The position numbers and the translations under genes were made by a program. DNA of 45,639 nt from Octopus sinensis (Eukaryota). Below, piece after piece: positions 22,678 through 35,840 of the stretch. The stretch's first letter is position 1. Every line of letters starts with the position of its first letter. Where the stretch lies: assembly GCF_006345805.1 (NCBI RefSeq), contig NW_021834868.1:1-45639 (forward strand). The letters run 5' to 3'. The notes below the pieces were generated by a model, which did no database searches, was not told where the DNA came from, and saw nothing but the letters and a program-made list of their open reading frames with translations.

Positions 22678-23893
22678 TTAGGTTGTCAAGAAATTTTTTG
22701 TATGTATTTTCAAATCAATTTTCGTTAAATTACTTTGACTTTATATATCATTTTAAAGCCCGTTTTTCGCTCTATCTAATCGTGTTAATCTTTTTGAATA
22801 ATTAGGCCATATTTTCCGGAACGTTGAATACATGGACAAAAAGCAAATTCACACAATTTTCTTATTCCAGTTCAAGCTAGACCGAAAAACAGCTGAAACA
22901 GCCCGCGATCTCAACGATACGTGTGGCCCAGGAACCACTAATGAACGTACAGCACAAGTCTTGAAGATGATAAGCATAGTGGCCGGCCATCGGATGTTGA
23001 CAACGATCAACTAAAAGCCTTAGTGGAAGCCACTCCACGCACAACTGTTCGGGAGCTTGCTTCTGAATTAGACGTAACGTTACGACAATTTCCAATTACT
23101 TTAAAGAGATTGGAAAAACAAAAATACTTGAGAAATGGGTGTCGCACGAATTGAACGACAACCAAAAAAAAAATGCGTTTTGAAGTGTTGTCTTTCCCTC
23201 TCTTACACAACAAGAACGTCCCGTTTCTCGACTGGATTGTCACTTGCGATGAAAAGTGGATCCTTTACGACAACTGGCGATGATCAGCTCATTGGTTGGA
23301 CGCTGACGAAGCTCCACGGCATTTCCCAAACCAAAGTTGCACCAAAAGAAGGTCATGGTGAGTGTTTTGTGGTCTGCGGCCAGTCTCATCCACCACAGCG
23401 TTTTGGATCCAGGCGAAACCATTACAGCGGAGAAGGTGTGTCAGCAAATGGATGAAATGCATAAGAAACTCCGACAACAACAGCCAGCATTGGTCAATAG
23501 AAAAGGACCAATTGTTCTCCACGACAACGTTCGGCCGCACGTCGCACAACTGACCCTGCAGAAGTTGAACGAATTGGGCTATGAAACTCTGCCTCATCCG
23601 CCATACTCACCAGACCTCTCACACACCGACCACCACTTTTTACGAATCTCGACAACTTCCTGCGTGAGAAATGATCCAAAAACCAAAACGATGCTAAACA
23701 CGCCTTCAACGACTTCATCGCCACCAGAACGCAAGATTTTTACGCTACTGACATAAATAAACTTGTTTCGCGTTGGCAAAAGTGTGTAGCTTCTGATGGT
23801 GTTTATTTCGATTAATAAAGTTTTGTTTGAGCCGAGATATATGCATCTGAATTTAAAGGTTAAAAACCGCAAGAACTTTCTCGACAACCTTAA
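22678..23893 (+). mobile_element. mariner (DD34D) transposon nested in the Gypsy 5'UTR; transposase frameshifted
   Basis: TIRs ttaggttgtcaagaaa / rc ttaaggttgtcgagaaa at TA; MDKKQIHTIFLFQFKL, WVSHEL, IVTCDEKW, LHDNVRPH, HPPYSPDLSHTD. Confidence 0.93.
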
Positions 23894-25087
23894 TAATAAA
23901 CTCGGCGAGGATAAACCAATTCACTTGGAGTTAATAGAAACTCGAAGTTGGTGTACGAATTTTAAGAAAAATCGTAAAAATAGGAGAAATGTGTTAGCAG
24001 GTTTGCTTCAGTTGCAAAAACAGCAACAACAGATGAAAGAACAACAACAACAGCAGATACAACTGCAAGAGCAACAACAGAAGCAACAACAACAACAACA
24101 AATAATAGAGTAACAAATGCTGCGATTACTGAAATCGTCAGGAAAGTCAGAAAAAGTGTTTTCGACAGACAATGTCGCGAACTCCATAACAGAGTTCAAA
24201 TACGAACCTGACGAAGGAGTTACCTTCGAAGCATACCACAAGAAATATGAGCAAATCTGCAATAGAGAATGTGAAGATTGGGATGACGAGATGAAAATGC
24301 GCTTAATCTCAAGAAAACTGGCGCCAACAGAACATGAACGATACAGGAATTATGTACTTCCAAGAAAACCTTTGGGCATAAACTTTAATGACACAGTAGA
24401 TATATTGTGTGAAATCAAGAAGCAAAGGAGAGTAATAGAAGGAGAGCACAATTAATATAACAAGGTTGTCGATTGACCGTTGGGAGTTGGTCTGAATGGA
24501 GAGTAGAGAGTTATTGTATCGAAGTGATGGGATGTGTAAAAAGCTAATTGTCCAACACACGCTGGAAGTGTCTGAACACAGAGAAAAGCAACGATGAGGC
24601 CTCCATCACATATTCTGGAAGAGTAAATAGGGAATGCGAGAAGCTTAAACTGGATTACTTAACACCAGATATGTTGAAATGCCTGGTTTTTACACAGGGA
24701 CTTACCACTGGAAGCAATGCAGAAGTTAGAACTAGAATTTTTGCAAAGCTGGAACAAAATTAGGATGTAACCCTGTAGCAAGCGTCAGAAGAATTTGAAA
24801 GGATAGTCAAATTAAGACAAACACTGAATGTAAAGGTTGTTTCCAAGTAAAGCAAGTGCGAAATAGTCAGAATAGAGATGAAGTGTTTTCTAAAAAACAC
24901 GACAAAAATCAGGAAATAAACCCATGTTTTGCATGTGGAGGTATATACCTGCGGAAAAATTGTCCGTTTAAGAAAACAGAGTGCTTTCGTTGTGGAAATA
25001 TAGGACAAATAAAGATGCACTGTAGAATGAAGATGACAAAATATCAGAACAAAGGAAAAAGAATAAATAGTACGTCATCGGAAGAAA

Positions 25088-25466
25088 TCTCTCTCTATAT
25101 AAAGCTGAAGTTGTCTATGTGTGCGGCAGGTTTGGTAGCCTTCAACTAACGCTATCTCCTCCGAGACCCTGCGGCGCAAGTTGACCAAAATTGAGAGTAT
25201 GATAGAAGGCTTGTTCTTCATTCCGTAGAAGAAAAAAATTAATCGGACCAAAAATTATTTACATCAAAAAGGTGCTCTTTTTCTATGAAAATCCCTACTT
25301 TTTACGATTTTTTGACTGCTGCGTCGCCATTTTTCGGTGTATTTCAACCTGAAAAATGTTCACTTAAAGAGAATAACAAGCTACATAATGCAACATTTTA
25401 ACTTTTCAAAAATTCCAATTCTAAAGGGTCGAAACAAACCCGAGCAACGCCGGGCGATACTGCTAG
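25088..25466 (+). mobile_element. Non-autonomous Helitron (379 bp) nested in Gypsy between gag and protease
   Basis: 5' TC(TCTCTCTATATAAA), subterminal hairpin cccgagc-aac-gccggg (25439-25454), 3' CTAG; inserted between A and T with no TSD. Confidence 0.88.
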
Positions 25467-27150
25467 TTGTTAATATAATGATGAGGAAAATCGTGAAGGT
25501 GAAAATCAGAAATACAAGAAATACAATTGGACACTGGCAGTAGTAATATTACCATTATAAACGAAAAATCGTGGAAATATGGCGGTAAGCCAAAGTTAAT
25601 TAAATCCAAAAAGGTAGCACATGGTGCTAGGGGAAAAAGATTATATTTTTTCGGTGAATTCGTATGTAACGTAATATTTCGAGGTCCAATAAAAAAGGCA
25701 AAGATTTATGTTAGAAAACTCATGTAATTTTTTGGCAGAAAGCGGATGGAACTATTCAAAGCATGAAATACGTCCATAAGTATTTTGTGTGGAAATACAG
25801 TTGATTCAGTCAAAGGTTCGAATGCGGCTGAGGGACTGAAGCAAAAAATTGCAGTAAAACAGAGTGGAACACCTGTATGTATGCCAAAACGAAATGAAAA
25901 ATTGCCCACGATATAAAGTAAACTTTGTTCAAAAGTAGATGTTCCATGGTCGCGACTATACATTGATTTCGATGGTCCTTTCAATGGTTCTTATTACCTA
26001 ATGGTAGTTGATAGTTTCTCAAAATGACCTGTAATTTACAAGTGTAAAAACCAGGTCTCAACTGTGATTAATGCTTTACATGAACTGTTTGCAAGATTTG
26101 GCATTCCAGACAAGATAATATCTGACAGTAGAACGCAATTTGTGTCTAGCGAATTTTAAGAATTTTGTGAAACATTTGCGGTAATACATATAACTATGGT
26201 GCCATACCATCCCAGATCTAATGGACAGGCAGAATGCCTTGTCGATATCTTTATAAGAGCTCTTAGAAAATCGAATAAGAAAGTCACGGATGAAGCAGTT
26301 CTACTCCAGCAGGTAGATCACCAGTGGAGTTGATGTTTACAAGGAAAGTAAAATCAGTCTTTGATAAATTACTACCTGGCAAGAAAAGAAAAAGTGCCAG
26401 AGAAGACATAGCAAGATTCTTTAAAGTTGGTGAAAAGGTGTTTATATGAGGGCATGCAAGAATGGAAAGCAGAGTTGGGAAGATGGTGTAATTACCAAAT
26501 GAATAGGTAAATTGATGTATTGGGTAAAAAGTAGAAATGGCATCCAAAAGAGACACAGGAATCAATTGTAAAAGAGATCTGTGGAAAGCGAACCAAAGAA
26601 GTTGGAGGAACCAATGGAATGGTTGTACGATACGTTCCAAGTATCAACACCAATGCAGGTGATTGACCCTAGGTGTACAAGTCAGAGGAAAAAACAGAAA
26701 CGTACAGAGTTCCTGGAAATAGATGCCAAGAGCAAATAGTATTAAATTATACGAAAAAAAAACTCAAAAAGGGAAATAAAATGTCTTGCTCAAGAACACA
26801 ACACACAGCGCGGTCTGGGATGTTTTTCATTTCTATGAGCCATTTGGCCTATTAACTCTAGAGCGGTTTTGATTTTTGATTCGCTGTTGCCGAAGCTAGT
26901 TATGGATCTTTGTCTTAATAAAAGATGGACATGTTAGACAGACTGTTTCAAAGAAATATGAAGACGGAATGGTCACGGCTGGAACAGCTTTGAGTATATA
27001 CAGGAATATCATGTGGCGACACCTGCAATCCATCTTTCTTACATGAAGCCAAACAGATACGCACACACGCATAATTACGCAAAGACACACACACACATGC
27101 GCGCGCGCACACAAACACACACACATACGTACACACACATATACATATGC

Positions 27151-27224
<74 letters not shown>

Positions 27225-27417
27225 ATACACACACGCACATATATATATATGTATGTATGTATGCTTACATATCTATATGTATGTATATCTATATTTATAG
27301 ATACACATACATGTATATATCTATGTATGTATACATACATACATATCTATACATATACACATATATATGTATGTGTATGTGTAAGTATAAGCATTTATTT
27401 TGGTATATATATATATG

Positions 27418-27710
27418 CAGCGGACTCACGGTCGTGGGATCATGTTTTCGATTCCCAGACCGGGCGTTGGGAGTGTTTATTGAGCTAAAACACTTAAAGT
27501 TCTACGAGGCTCCGGCAGGAGGTGGGGGGGGGCAACCTTGCTGTACTCTTTCACCAAGACTTCCACCCTTCCTGTTTCTGTTGTACCTGTATTTCAAAGT
27601 AGCCAGCCTTATCACACTCTGTATCACACTGAATCACCCCCGCGAACTACGTTAAGAGTACACGTGTCTGCGGAGTGCTCAGCCATTTACACGTTAATTT
27701 CGCGAGCTGA
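27418..27710 (+). mobile_element. 5'-truncated tRNA-derived SINE sharing its 3' body with the 16767 family
   Basis: B-box-like ttcgattcc; tacctgtatttcaaag...ccttatcacactctgt...gctcagcca...cacgttaa matches the reverse complement of ~16830-16950. Confidence 0.75.
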
Positions 27711-27872
27711 GAATACTCAGGGTTGTAGTTTGTGAAGTACTTTTGAACGAAACTCTTGACACTTGAGTTATCATTTAGTAATCTCAGTATGTGTGCATAC
27801 ATGTGTGAGAATGTGTGCGTATTTATGTATATTTTATGAAGGAGCATATATGTATATATTAGTATATATATG

Positions 27873-27939
<67 letters not shown>

Positions 27940-28042
27940 TACATATATATAAGGGGAAAGTTTACGAAAATAAACAAAAGACGAAGGCAGATGGAGTACA
28001 AACAAACAAATGTATTAGCATAGCGCTCAGGATTAGAAAAAG

Positions 28043-28080
28043 TCTTTTACGTTTCGAGCCTACGCTCTTCGACAGAAAGA
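28043..28080 (-). ncRNA. Minimal variant hammerhead (core CUGUCGA) in a Penelope-like terminal fragment (~27950-28140)
   Basis: Minus strand TCTTT-CTGTCGA-A-GAGC-GTAG-GCTC-GAAA-CG-TA-AAAGA: perfect 5-bp stem I, 4-bp stem II, loop-less palindromic stem III. Confidence 0.65.
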
Positions 28081-28589
28081 TACACAGAAAAAAAAACAAG
28101 GAGAGAAACAAGGAGAGAAAAAATGCGTGTAGTTGCTAACGATATATATATATATGGATGTAACACACACGTACATTTGTACAAACACTTGGAAACATAT
28201 CCCACCACTAACATACCCTAACAGATAGACACACACACACGGATTCTTTTCCACAGACTCACATTCACCACAGAGACACACATACTTACACATGCACTTA
28301 TACACATACAAGCACAAATACATGCATACACACTCAACAGGACAGCCACAAACACGAACGCTTCTTCGTTGCTCGTTAAATTGTAATGGCGGACATTAGC
28401 GAAATATGGCGTTGTTTTCGCCGGAAGCGGTTATATGATGAAGTGGAAGGTTATATCATGGTCAAATATTGGATATTATTCTACAGTTTAACCTCTCATT
28501 ATACTCACATCACTTCCTTTCAACGTTATTGTCCCGTCTGTCCTACGTATTATCATCGCTGTTACTGCTACAGTTGCTGTTGTTGTTGT

Positions 28590-28761
28590 TGTTGTTGTTG
28601 TTGTTATTGCTATGGTCGTTGTGATGCTGTTGTGGTTTTGTAAATGTTATTGCTTTTATTATTGTTATTTTAGGTGCTGTTGTTGTTGTTGTTGCTGGTG
28701 CTGTTGTTATCGCAGACGTTGTTATAGTTTTTGTTATTGTTCTAGTTGACGTTGTTATTAA

Positions 28762-28834
<73 letters not shown>

Positions 28835-29260
28835 GAGGTACTTGCTGTTGTAGTTTCGCTCCAGGTAAGTCCTGGCAGAGAGAAGAATGTTCAAAATCAT
28901 TCCACCCATGACTAACATGTCATTATATCGGTATCTGGTACGACATAGATTTAAGGGAAACGCGCCTGCCTGCCATTTCTAGCAGCTGCTGTGTCCATGT
29001 ACACGCTCCGTTGCTGGAGAATTTGCATTCGTTGACATTGTTACTGCTGCTGCTGCTGTTGTTCCTGCCGCTGTTATTGTTGTTATTGTTGTTGTTGTTG
29101 TTGTTGTTATTGCTATGGTCGTTGTGATGCTGTTGTGGTTTTGTAAATGTTATTGCTTTTATTATTGTTATTTTAGGTGCTGTTGTTGTTGTTGTTGCTG
29201 GTGCTGTTGTTATCGCAGACGTTGTTATAGTTTTTGTATTGTTCTAGTTGACGTTGTTAT

Positions 29261-29295
<35 letters not shown>

Positions 29296-29605
29296 ATTAT
29301 TATTATTATTATTATATTATTATTATTATTATTATTATTGAGGTACTTGCTGTTGTAGTTTCGCTCCAGGTAAGTCCTGGCAGAGAGAAGAATGTTCAAA
29401 ATCATTCCACCCATGACTAACATGTCATTATATCGGTATCTGGTACGACATAGATTTAAGGGAAACGCGCCTGCCTGCCATTTCTAGCAGCTGCTGTGTC
29501 CATGTACACGCTCCGTTGCTGGAGAATTTGCATTCGTTGACATTGTTACTGCTGCTGCTGCTGTTGTTCCTGCCGCTGTTATTGTTGTTATTGTTGTTGT
29601 TGTTG
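28590..29605. repeat. Near-identical tandem duplication, unit ~503-505 bp
   Basis: gctatggtcg at 28609 and 29112; gaggtacttgc at 28835 and 29340; differences are mostly in the (TAT)n tract. Confidence 0.95.
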
Positions 29606-29910
29606 TCGTCGTTGATGAAATCCTCATCGTCTTGTGTTCGTCTGTTTCCACTTCAACCGTCACGTGTTAATCGCACACCAGAGGGCAGTACCGCCGTTGT
29701 GTATATTACGAAGGCGAATCTCATTTTGGGAATTTAATCTCGTTGAGTGAGCAAAGGTTGAACAAACTGACCCCTAAGTCAAGCTTGTATAGATAAGGGT
29801 AAAACAGGGATTTGTGTATGTGCGTGAGTGCGTGTACATGTGTGTGCGTGTGAGGGAGTTTAGGGCGGGTGTGATGTAGGATATAAAGATATTAGTAAGG
29901 TATAAAAATA

Positions 29911-30061
29911 TTGATGACGATGTTGATGATGATGACGAGTATGATGACGACGACGTTGATGATGATGATGATGAGGAGGAGGAGGAGGAGGAGAAGAAGA
30001 AGGAGGTGGAGGAGGAGGAGGATAGTGATGATGATGAGGAGGAGGGGGAGGAGGGGGATAG

Positions 30062-30106
<45 letters not shown>

Positions 30107-30543
30107 CGATGATGACGACGACGATAACGACAACGACGATGAGGATGCTGATAGTGATGATGATGATGATGTGATGATGATGAGGAGGAGGAGGAGGAGG
30201 AGGGGAGGATAGTGATGATGATGATGACGATGATGACGACGACGATAACGACAACGACGATGATGATGCTGATAGTGATGATGATGATGATGATGAGGAG
30301 GAGGAGGAGGAGGAGGAGAAGGGGGGAGGATAGTTATGACGATGATGATGATGATGATGATGACGATGATGACGACGACGATAACGACAACGACGATGAG
30401 AATGCTGATAGTGATGATGACGATGATGATGATGATGATGATGATGCTGATAGTGATGATGATGATGAGGAGGAGGAGGAGGATAGTGATGATGATGATG
30501 ATGATGAGGAGGAGGAGGAGGAGGAGGAGGAGGGGGAGAATAG

Positions 30544-30574
<31 letters not shown>

Positions 30575-30662
30575 AGTGATGATGATGATGATGAGGAGGA
30601 GGAGGAGGAGGAGGGGGAGAATAGTGATGATGATGATGATGATGATGACGACGACGATGATG
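29911..30662. repeat. (GAT)n/(GAG)n compound microsatellite with higher-order units
   Basis: Recurring gacgacgacgataacgacaacgacgatgag and (gag)n-gggga-gatagt units. Confidence 0.9.
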
Positions 30663-31002
30663 TAAGATGGATGTATAGTAGATGAGGAAATAAGTTTGAA
30701 TGCCGAAAGAATTTTGTGATGAAACAGATGCATTATGTAATAACTAAATAAATATAGGTGTCGCTGTCTGATTTGTAACCATGTTGTTCGGTGTTCGATC
30801 CCGTCAGGCTTCCACCACTTACTCGCTGCATATCCGATCTATCAAACACTCCGGTTGATCAACTAACTCACACATTACAGACACAACCTGTAAATGGAGC
30901 AGTAAGCAAGATTTTTCTCAAGTTCTGTATGTGACACATACATACATACATACATACATACATACATACATACATACATACATACATACATACATACATA
31001 AT

Positions 31003-31312
31003 GTCTCTGCAGAATAGTCTTAATGGTAAAAATTTCAATTCCTTGGATGACGTAAAAAGATACCTTGAATTCTTTGCCATGAAAGCACCTCAATTCTGGG
31101 AAGAGTTAAAGGAAAGATGGAGACGCATTGTGTAACAAAATGGTTCATATTTTTACTCAACCAAATATGAACCATTTTGTTACACAATGCGTCTCCATCT
31201 TTCCTTTAACTCTTCCCAGAATTGAGGTGCTTTCATGGCAAAGAATTCAAGGTATCTTTTTACGTTATCCAAGGAATTGAAATTTTTACCATTAAGACTA
31301 TTCTGCAGAGAC
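31003..31312. repeat. 150-bp inverted duplication of a mariner transposase 3' end with a 10-nt spacer
   Basis: Arms 31003-31152 and 31163-31312, one mismatch. Confidence 0.95.
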
Positions 31313-31990
31313 CTGAATAAGTGGAAATCCGAAGGAGCAATATCTGGTGAATATGGAGGATGGAGTAACACATCCCAGCCGAACTGCAGCAATTTTTGTC
31401 TGGTTCCCAAAGAAACGTGCGGCCTTGCATTATCATGTTGGAAAATAACACCCTTCCTGTTGGCCAATTCTGGACGTTTCTCTTGAATTGCTGCTTTTAA
31501 CTCGTCCAGTTGTGTGCAGTATTTCTCAGAATTAATTGTCTGCTTACTTGGGAGAAGCTCATAGAACAGAATTCCTTTCCAATCCCACCAGACACAAAGC
31601 AATATATTTTTTAGGGTGAAGACCCGCTTTTGGGATGGCTAAGGGTGGCTCATGTCGCTTACTCCAGGATCGCATTTACTGAACGGTTGATAATCCATTT
31701 CTCATCACCTGTCACAATTTGCTTTAAAAAATCCGCGTTTTCATTCCGTTTATAAAGTGAATCACAGATGGAAATGCGATCCAAAAGGTTCTACTCACTC
31801 AACTCATGTGGTACCCAAACATCGTAGCGATTTGTGTACCCAAGCTTTACCAGGTGCTCATGAACGACGGATTTTTATAGGTTGAGGCTTTCTGCCAATT
31901 CTTGGGTTGTACAATGTGGATTATTTTCAATTCATGACTTGATTTGGTCATCATCTGTAGTGGATGGTCTGCCTGATCGCTCTTTATCAA
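31163..31990 (-). mobile_element. mariner (DD34D, mellifera-like) transposase fragment lacking its 5' end and TIRs
   Basis: [59 protein letters not shown]. Confidence 0.93.
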
Positions 31991-32836
31991 TAAGATAATT
32001 TATAGATTGTTTAACCAATTAGTTGGAAAATTAGCTGTTTAATTAGGCTAGTCAACTTTTTTTTTAGGTCCCGAATTATGGCCACTTACCCTAATTATTA
32101 CCTCCCCTTAACTAGACATATTTCCATAACTTTCCTACAGAATAAATTCGTTTCATTGGTTTTACTAATTTCGCATTCCTATTAATAAACTGTGAACCAT
32201 TTCCAGCTCTAACCGTCTTCTTTCCTAAATGTCCAAAGAAGTTCCTTTCTAAATAATTTTTCGATAATATCATTTTTTAAATTCTAGTATTTACTATCCT
32301 AAGCGTTCTATGACCCCTTACAACATACACCATCTTCCTATTCATTTATCTGTTTATCTTATCCCCTATAACGGTCTCAGTAGCTGGTCTTTTGTTTTTA
32401 AATTTCAACCTACTAATTACATCGAACGTTGCACCTTGGCCTATCTCACTTCGGACAACAGGTGGAAGGGATTAACCACTTACTAGTAAATAAATAAAAT
32501 TGTATTTAACCGATTCGCACTTTATTATGATTATTACTATTAATTAGTTGTACAAATATAACTATCATAAATCATGATTAATATAAAACCTTACAGTAAA
32601 TACACCCCTTCTCCGACTAAAACCTATTGTCATATCCCACTATCATTACTTAAATTGTTTTTTATTATTTATCCATCTTATCCCCCCTCCCCTCACTGTA
32701 CAAAGGATTAATCCACCAGTTGCTATTTTGGTTTAGTCCTTTAATTAATGTCTCAAAGAGACACAAGCAAAATGGTATGATTACAACCATATTCAAATTT
32801 TCCCTTTTTTTCTCTCAATGTTATTCTTTATTTATT

Positions 32837-32967
32837 CGTCCCTCTGGTGAAGCTCCTTGTTTCAGATCGGTTTTATTACCAAATATGATTAATATTTTTA
32901 CATGTTTTTGCATATTAATGGTAATACTATGCAACATTGGAAACAGAAACAGCTGTTAGATGGGATG
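32837..32967 (+). ncRNA. Degenerate hammerhead with a long stem II
   Basis: CGTCCCT-CTGGTGA...tgtttcagat/attggaaaca, attacca/tggtaat...GAAAC-AGCT-GTT-AGATGGGATG. Confidence 0.5.
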
Positions 32968-33099
32968 CAGTCTATTTGCGTTGAATTAATAAATAATAAA
33001 TGATGTAAGTCAATTGCTGCTCATCAGTACTTCTCCATTTTCTGTTTTCTATATATATATATCTATATACATACATACACACACACACACATACACACA

Positions 33100-33199
<100 letters not shown>

Positions 33200-34368
33200 T
33201 GTGTGTGATACACCCACATGTGCAAACTTCTATGAACCATACTTACATGCGAACATACATACATTCATCCAACTGTATTCAGGCATACATGCATACACCT
33301 ATCTATGCGCATACACACACATGCATACATACATATACATACATACATACATACATACATACATACATACATACATACATACATACATACATACATACAT
33401 ACATACATGCATGCATACATATATATATATACATACATATACATACATACATGCATACATACATATATATATACATATATACATATACATACATACATGC
33501 ATACATGCATACATACAAGCATTCATACATACAGTCACACACAGAGGCAGTCACCCAGCCATTTATTCAATTGTATACGTAACAATATTTCCCTTCTCCT
33601 CGATGATTCGCCATTCCGATCAGTCGTCATCTCTGTCGTCGCTTAACGTCTGCTTCTCCATGTTCATCTATCATTTTCCCCTTCTCTTTTCAAACAATTT
33701 TCTCCACAAAAATTCAGAAAGAAGCTCCAACACTACATTGCTTTTGTTTAATCGCGCTGTTTTGGCTTCCAAATTCGTTCCAAGTTCTAGATTGTTCGAA
33801 ATATTTCACTAGATAATCATAATAATACTGATCTGGTGAATTTTCTTTTAAATCGATTGGTTTCGTCTGGAAAACGGTGAGTGTTGTCGTTAATTTCACC
33901 ACTGACTGGCAGGAAGTTCATCAATGATGTCGCCTTAACTTTGAACTGTCTCGTTTGGCCTCTGGAGTTGCACAAGAGCGGTCGACAAATCTGTCCGTTC
34001 GTCTACTTCACCTTGTTTGTGCACAGCTTACCTATTACTTCAATTTGGAAAGGATCTTTTGATCAAAATCTAAGAAACACGAACGCACGTACTTAAGTAT
34101 GTATGTATGTATGTATGTATGTATGTATGTATGTATGTATGTGTATACACTCACATATATATATTTATGTACATATATATATGCATGTGCATATGTATGT
34201 GTACGTGTACGTATATATATATAGATATATATATATAAATGTGTATATGTGTATATATATATTGGCACATATATGCATCATATGTGTATGTATATATGCA
34301 AATCTATAAATGTGTATATGTGTGTGTATGTATGTCTGTGTGCAAGTGTATACGTAGATTATATATAT

Positions 34369-34403
<35 letters not shown>

Positions 34404-34599
34404 GATATAGATATACAAATATATATAGATATATATATATAGATATATATATATACAAACATATATATTTACATACATTCATATATATATATACATGGAA
34501 ATGGATGCGTCGCATTCAATTAAATAATAAATAATAAATAACAAATAATATATAATATATCATATACACATATACATACATATGTATATATATATATAT

Positions 34600-34655
<56 letters not shown>

Positions 34656-34905
34656 ATATATATATATATATTGCATGTGTATATATGGGTACACGACGTC
34701 ACCAATGGTGCAAATAACGTGTAATACGTAAACATATGTATCAGCTGTACTCTTTCGCCATAACTTTCTCTCATTCTTTCTTCTGTTGGCCTGCTCGCCT
34801 AGCCAGCACGGTGGTGTCATTTCAAGGCTAAAGCAATGCAAAGCGCATTGTGACCAGTGATGTGTAGCAACATCTGATAGCCTGGTCGGTCACGGTGATA
34901 TATAT

Positions 34906-34936
<31 letters not shown>

Positions 34937-34939
<3 letters not shown>

Positions 34940-35529
34940 GTGCGATGGGTCAATAGGGTGCGATAATTTCACGCATGCGCACTGTTTGCTTTTGATTTTG
35001 TTGACTACACAGTACAGTTGAGCACCGTTTGTGAGAAAAACACCACCATGACGCAATTCACTCCGCCTGAAATTTGGAGACGCCGGAAGATTCAATAGGA
35101 ACTTTTCAGAATATTTGAATGTCAATCTGAGGACATTGCAATCTGAGGACATGTACTGAGAGTGATAAAACCCAAACATCCAGTCAACATCATGGCGTTT
35201 GGAGTGATCACTAGTAATGGCGACGTTAAGCCTCCATTCACATTCCTACTCGGCCTCACACTGAACGCGGAGGCGTACACCAAGTGTCTGGATGAAGTAA
35301 TGCTACCCGGAGTAAAGGAACTGGCTGTTGAAAGACACTATGTCTCGCAATAGGACTCTGCCCTATACCACACAAGCAAGAGAACCCACTCATGGCTGTC
35401 AGAGAATTTCTGCGACTATATCACCCCTAACATCTGGCCACCTAACTCTCCAGACTGCAATATTATGTGTGGAGCGCAGTTGAGAGAGAGAAGTGAGAGA
35501 GGGAGAGAGAGAGAGAAAGAGAAAGAGAG

Positions 35530-35560
<31 letters not shown>

Positions 35561-35840
35561 GACTAACAAAACATTTTGTAACACCAAAGATGAACTGAAG
35601 GCAAGGATTATGGCAGCATTCACCAACTTAAACAAGAAGACCGCCCAGAAAAGTTGCAGGTGATTCCGAAATTGTCTGGAGGCCGTGGTTAAAGCCAATG
35701 ACGATTTTATTTGATAAATTTACTCTTTAGTATTTCAAGATATTTTTATAGAATTTTGGTAAATATATTTGATAAAATGAGATGTCAGTGTTATTTTCCT
35801 TTTTACGTAATATAGACGAGAGTTTATTCACCGCACCTTG
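34937..35840 (+). mobile_element. Internally deleted copy of the DD37D/maT element at 13887
   Basis: Both ends align to 13887-15135; the sequence corresponding to ~14100-14520 is missing; a (GA)n tract has expanded at ~35481-35562. Confidence 0.9.

Larger units (their letters stand above)
22441..26775 (+). mobile_element. Decayed Gypsy (Mag/K02A2.6-like) LTR retrotransposon: 5' LTR, gag, protease, integrase; RT/RNase H deleted
   Basis: Candidate LTR TG...CA at 22441-22640 followed by PBS-like gtagcgccgagg. Gag ITEFKYEPDEGVTFEAY...YRNYVLP; knuckles CFACGG...C / CFRCGNIGQIKMHC; protease LDTGS (~25527); integrase PWSRLYIDFDGPF...VVDSFSK...FARFGIPDKIISD...PYHPRSNGQAE; purine tract near 26766. 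No 3' LTR seen. Confidence 0.88.

Noticed and set aside
22832-23800. SETMAR-like host gene
   Set aside because: No SET domain, TIRs are present and the transposase is frameshifted: an ordinary mariner copy.
29774-30733. Poly-Asp/Glu 'acidic biomineralisation protein' ORFs
   Set aside because: The frame shifts between repeat units, there is no signal peptide or unique domain, and (GAT)n/(GAG)n expansion explains it.
33590-34070. Unique sequence with minus-strand splice-like sites
   Set aside because: Stops in all frames and no recognisable product; could be UTR or lncRNA but cannot be supported.
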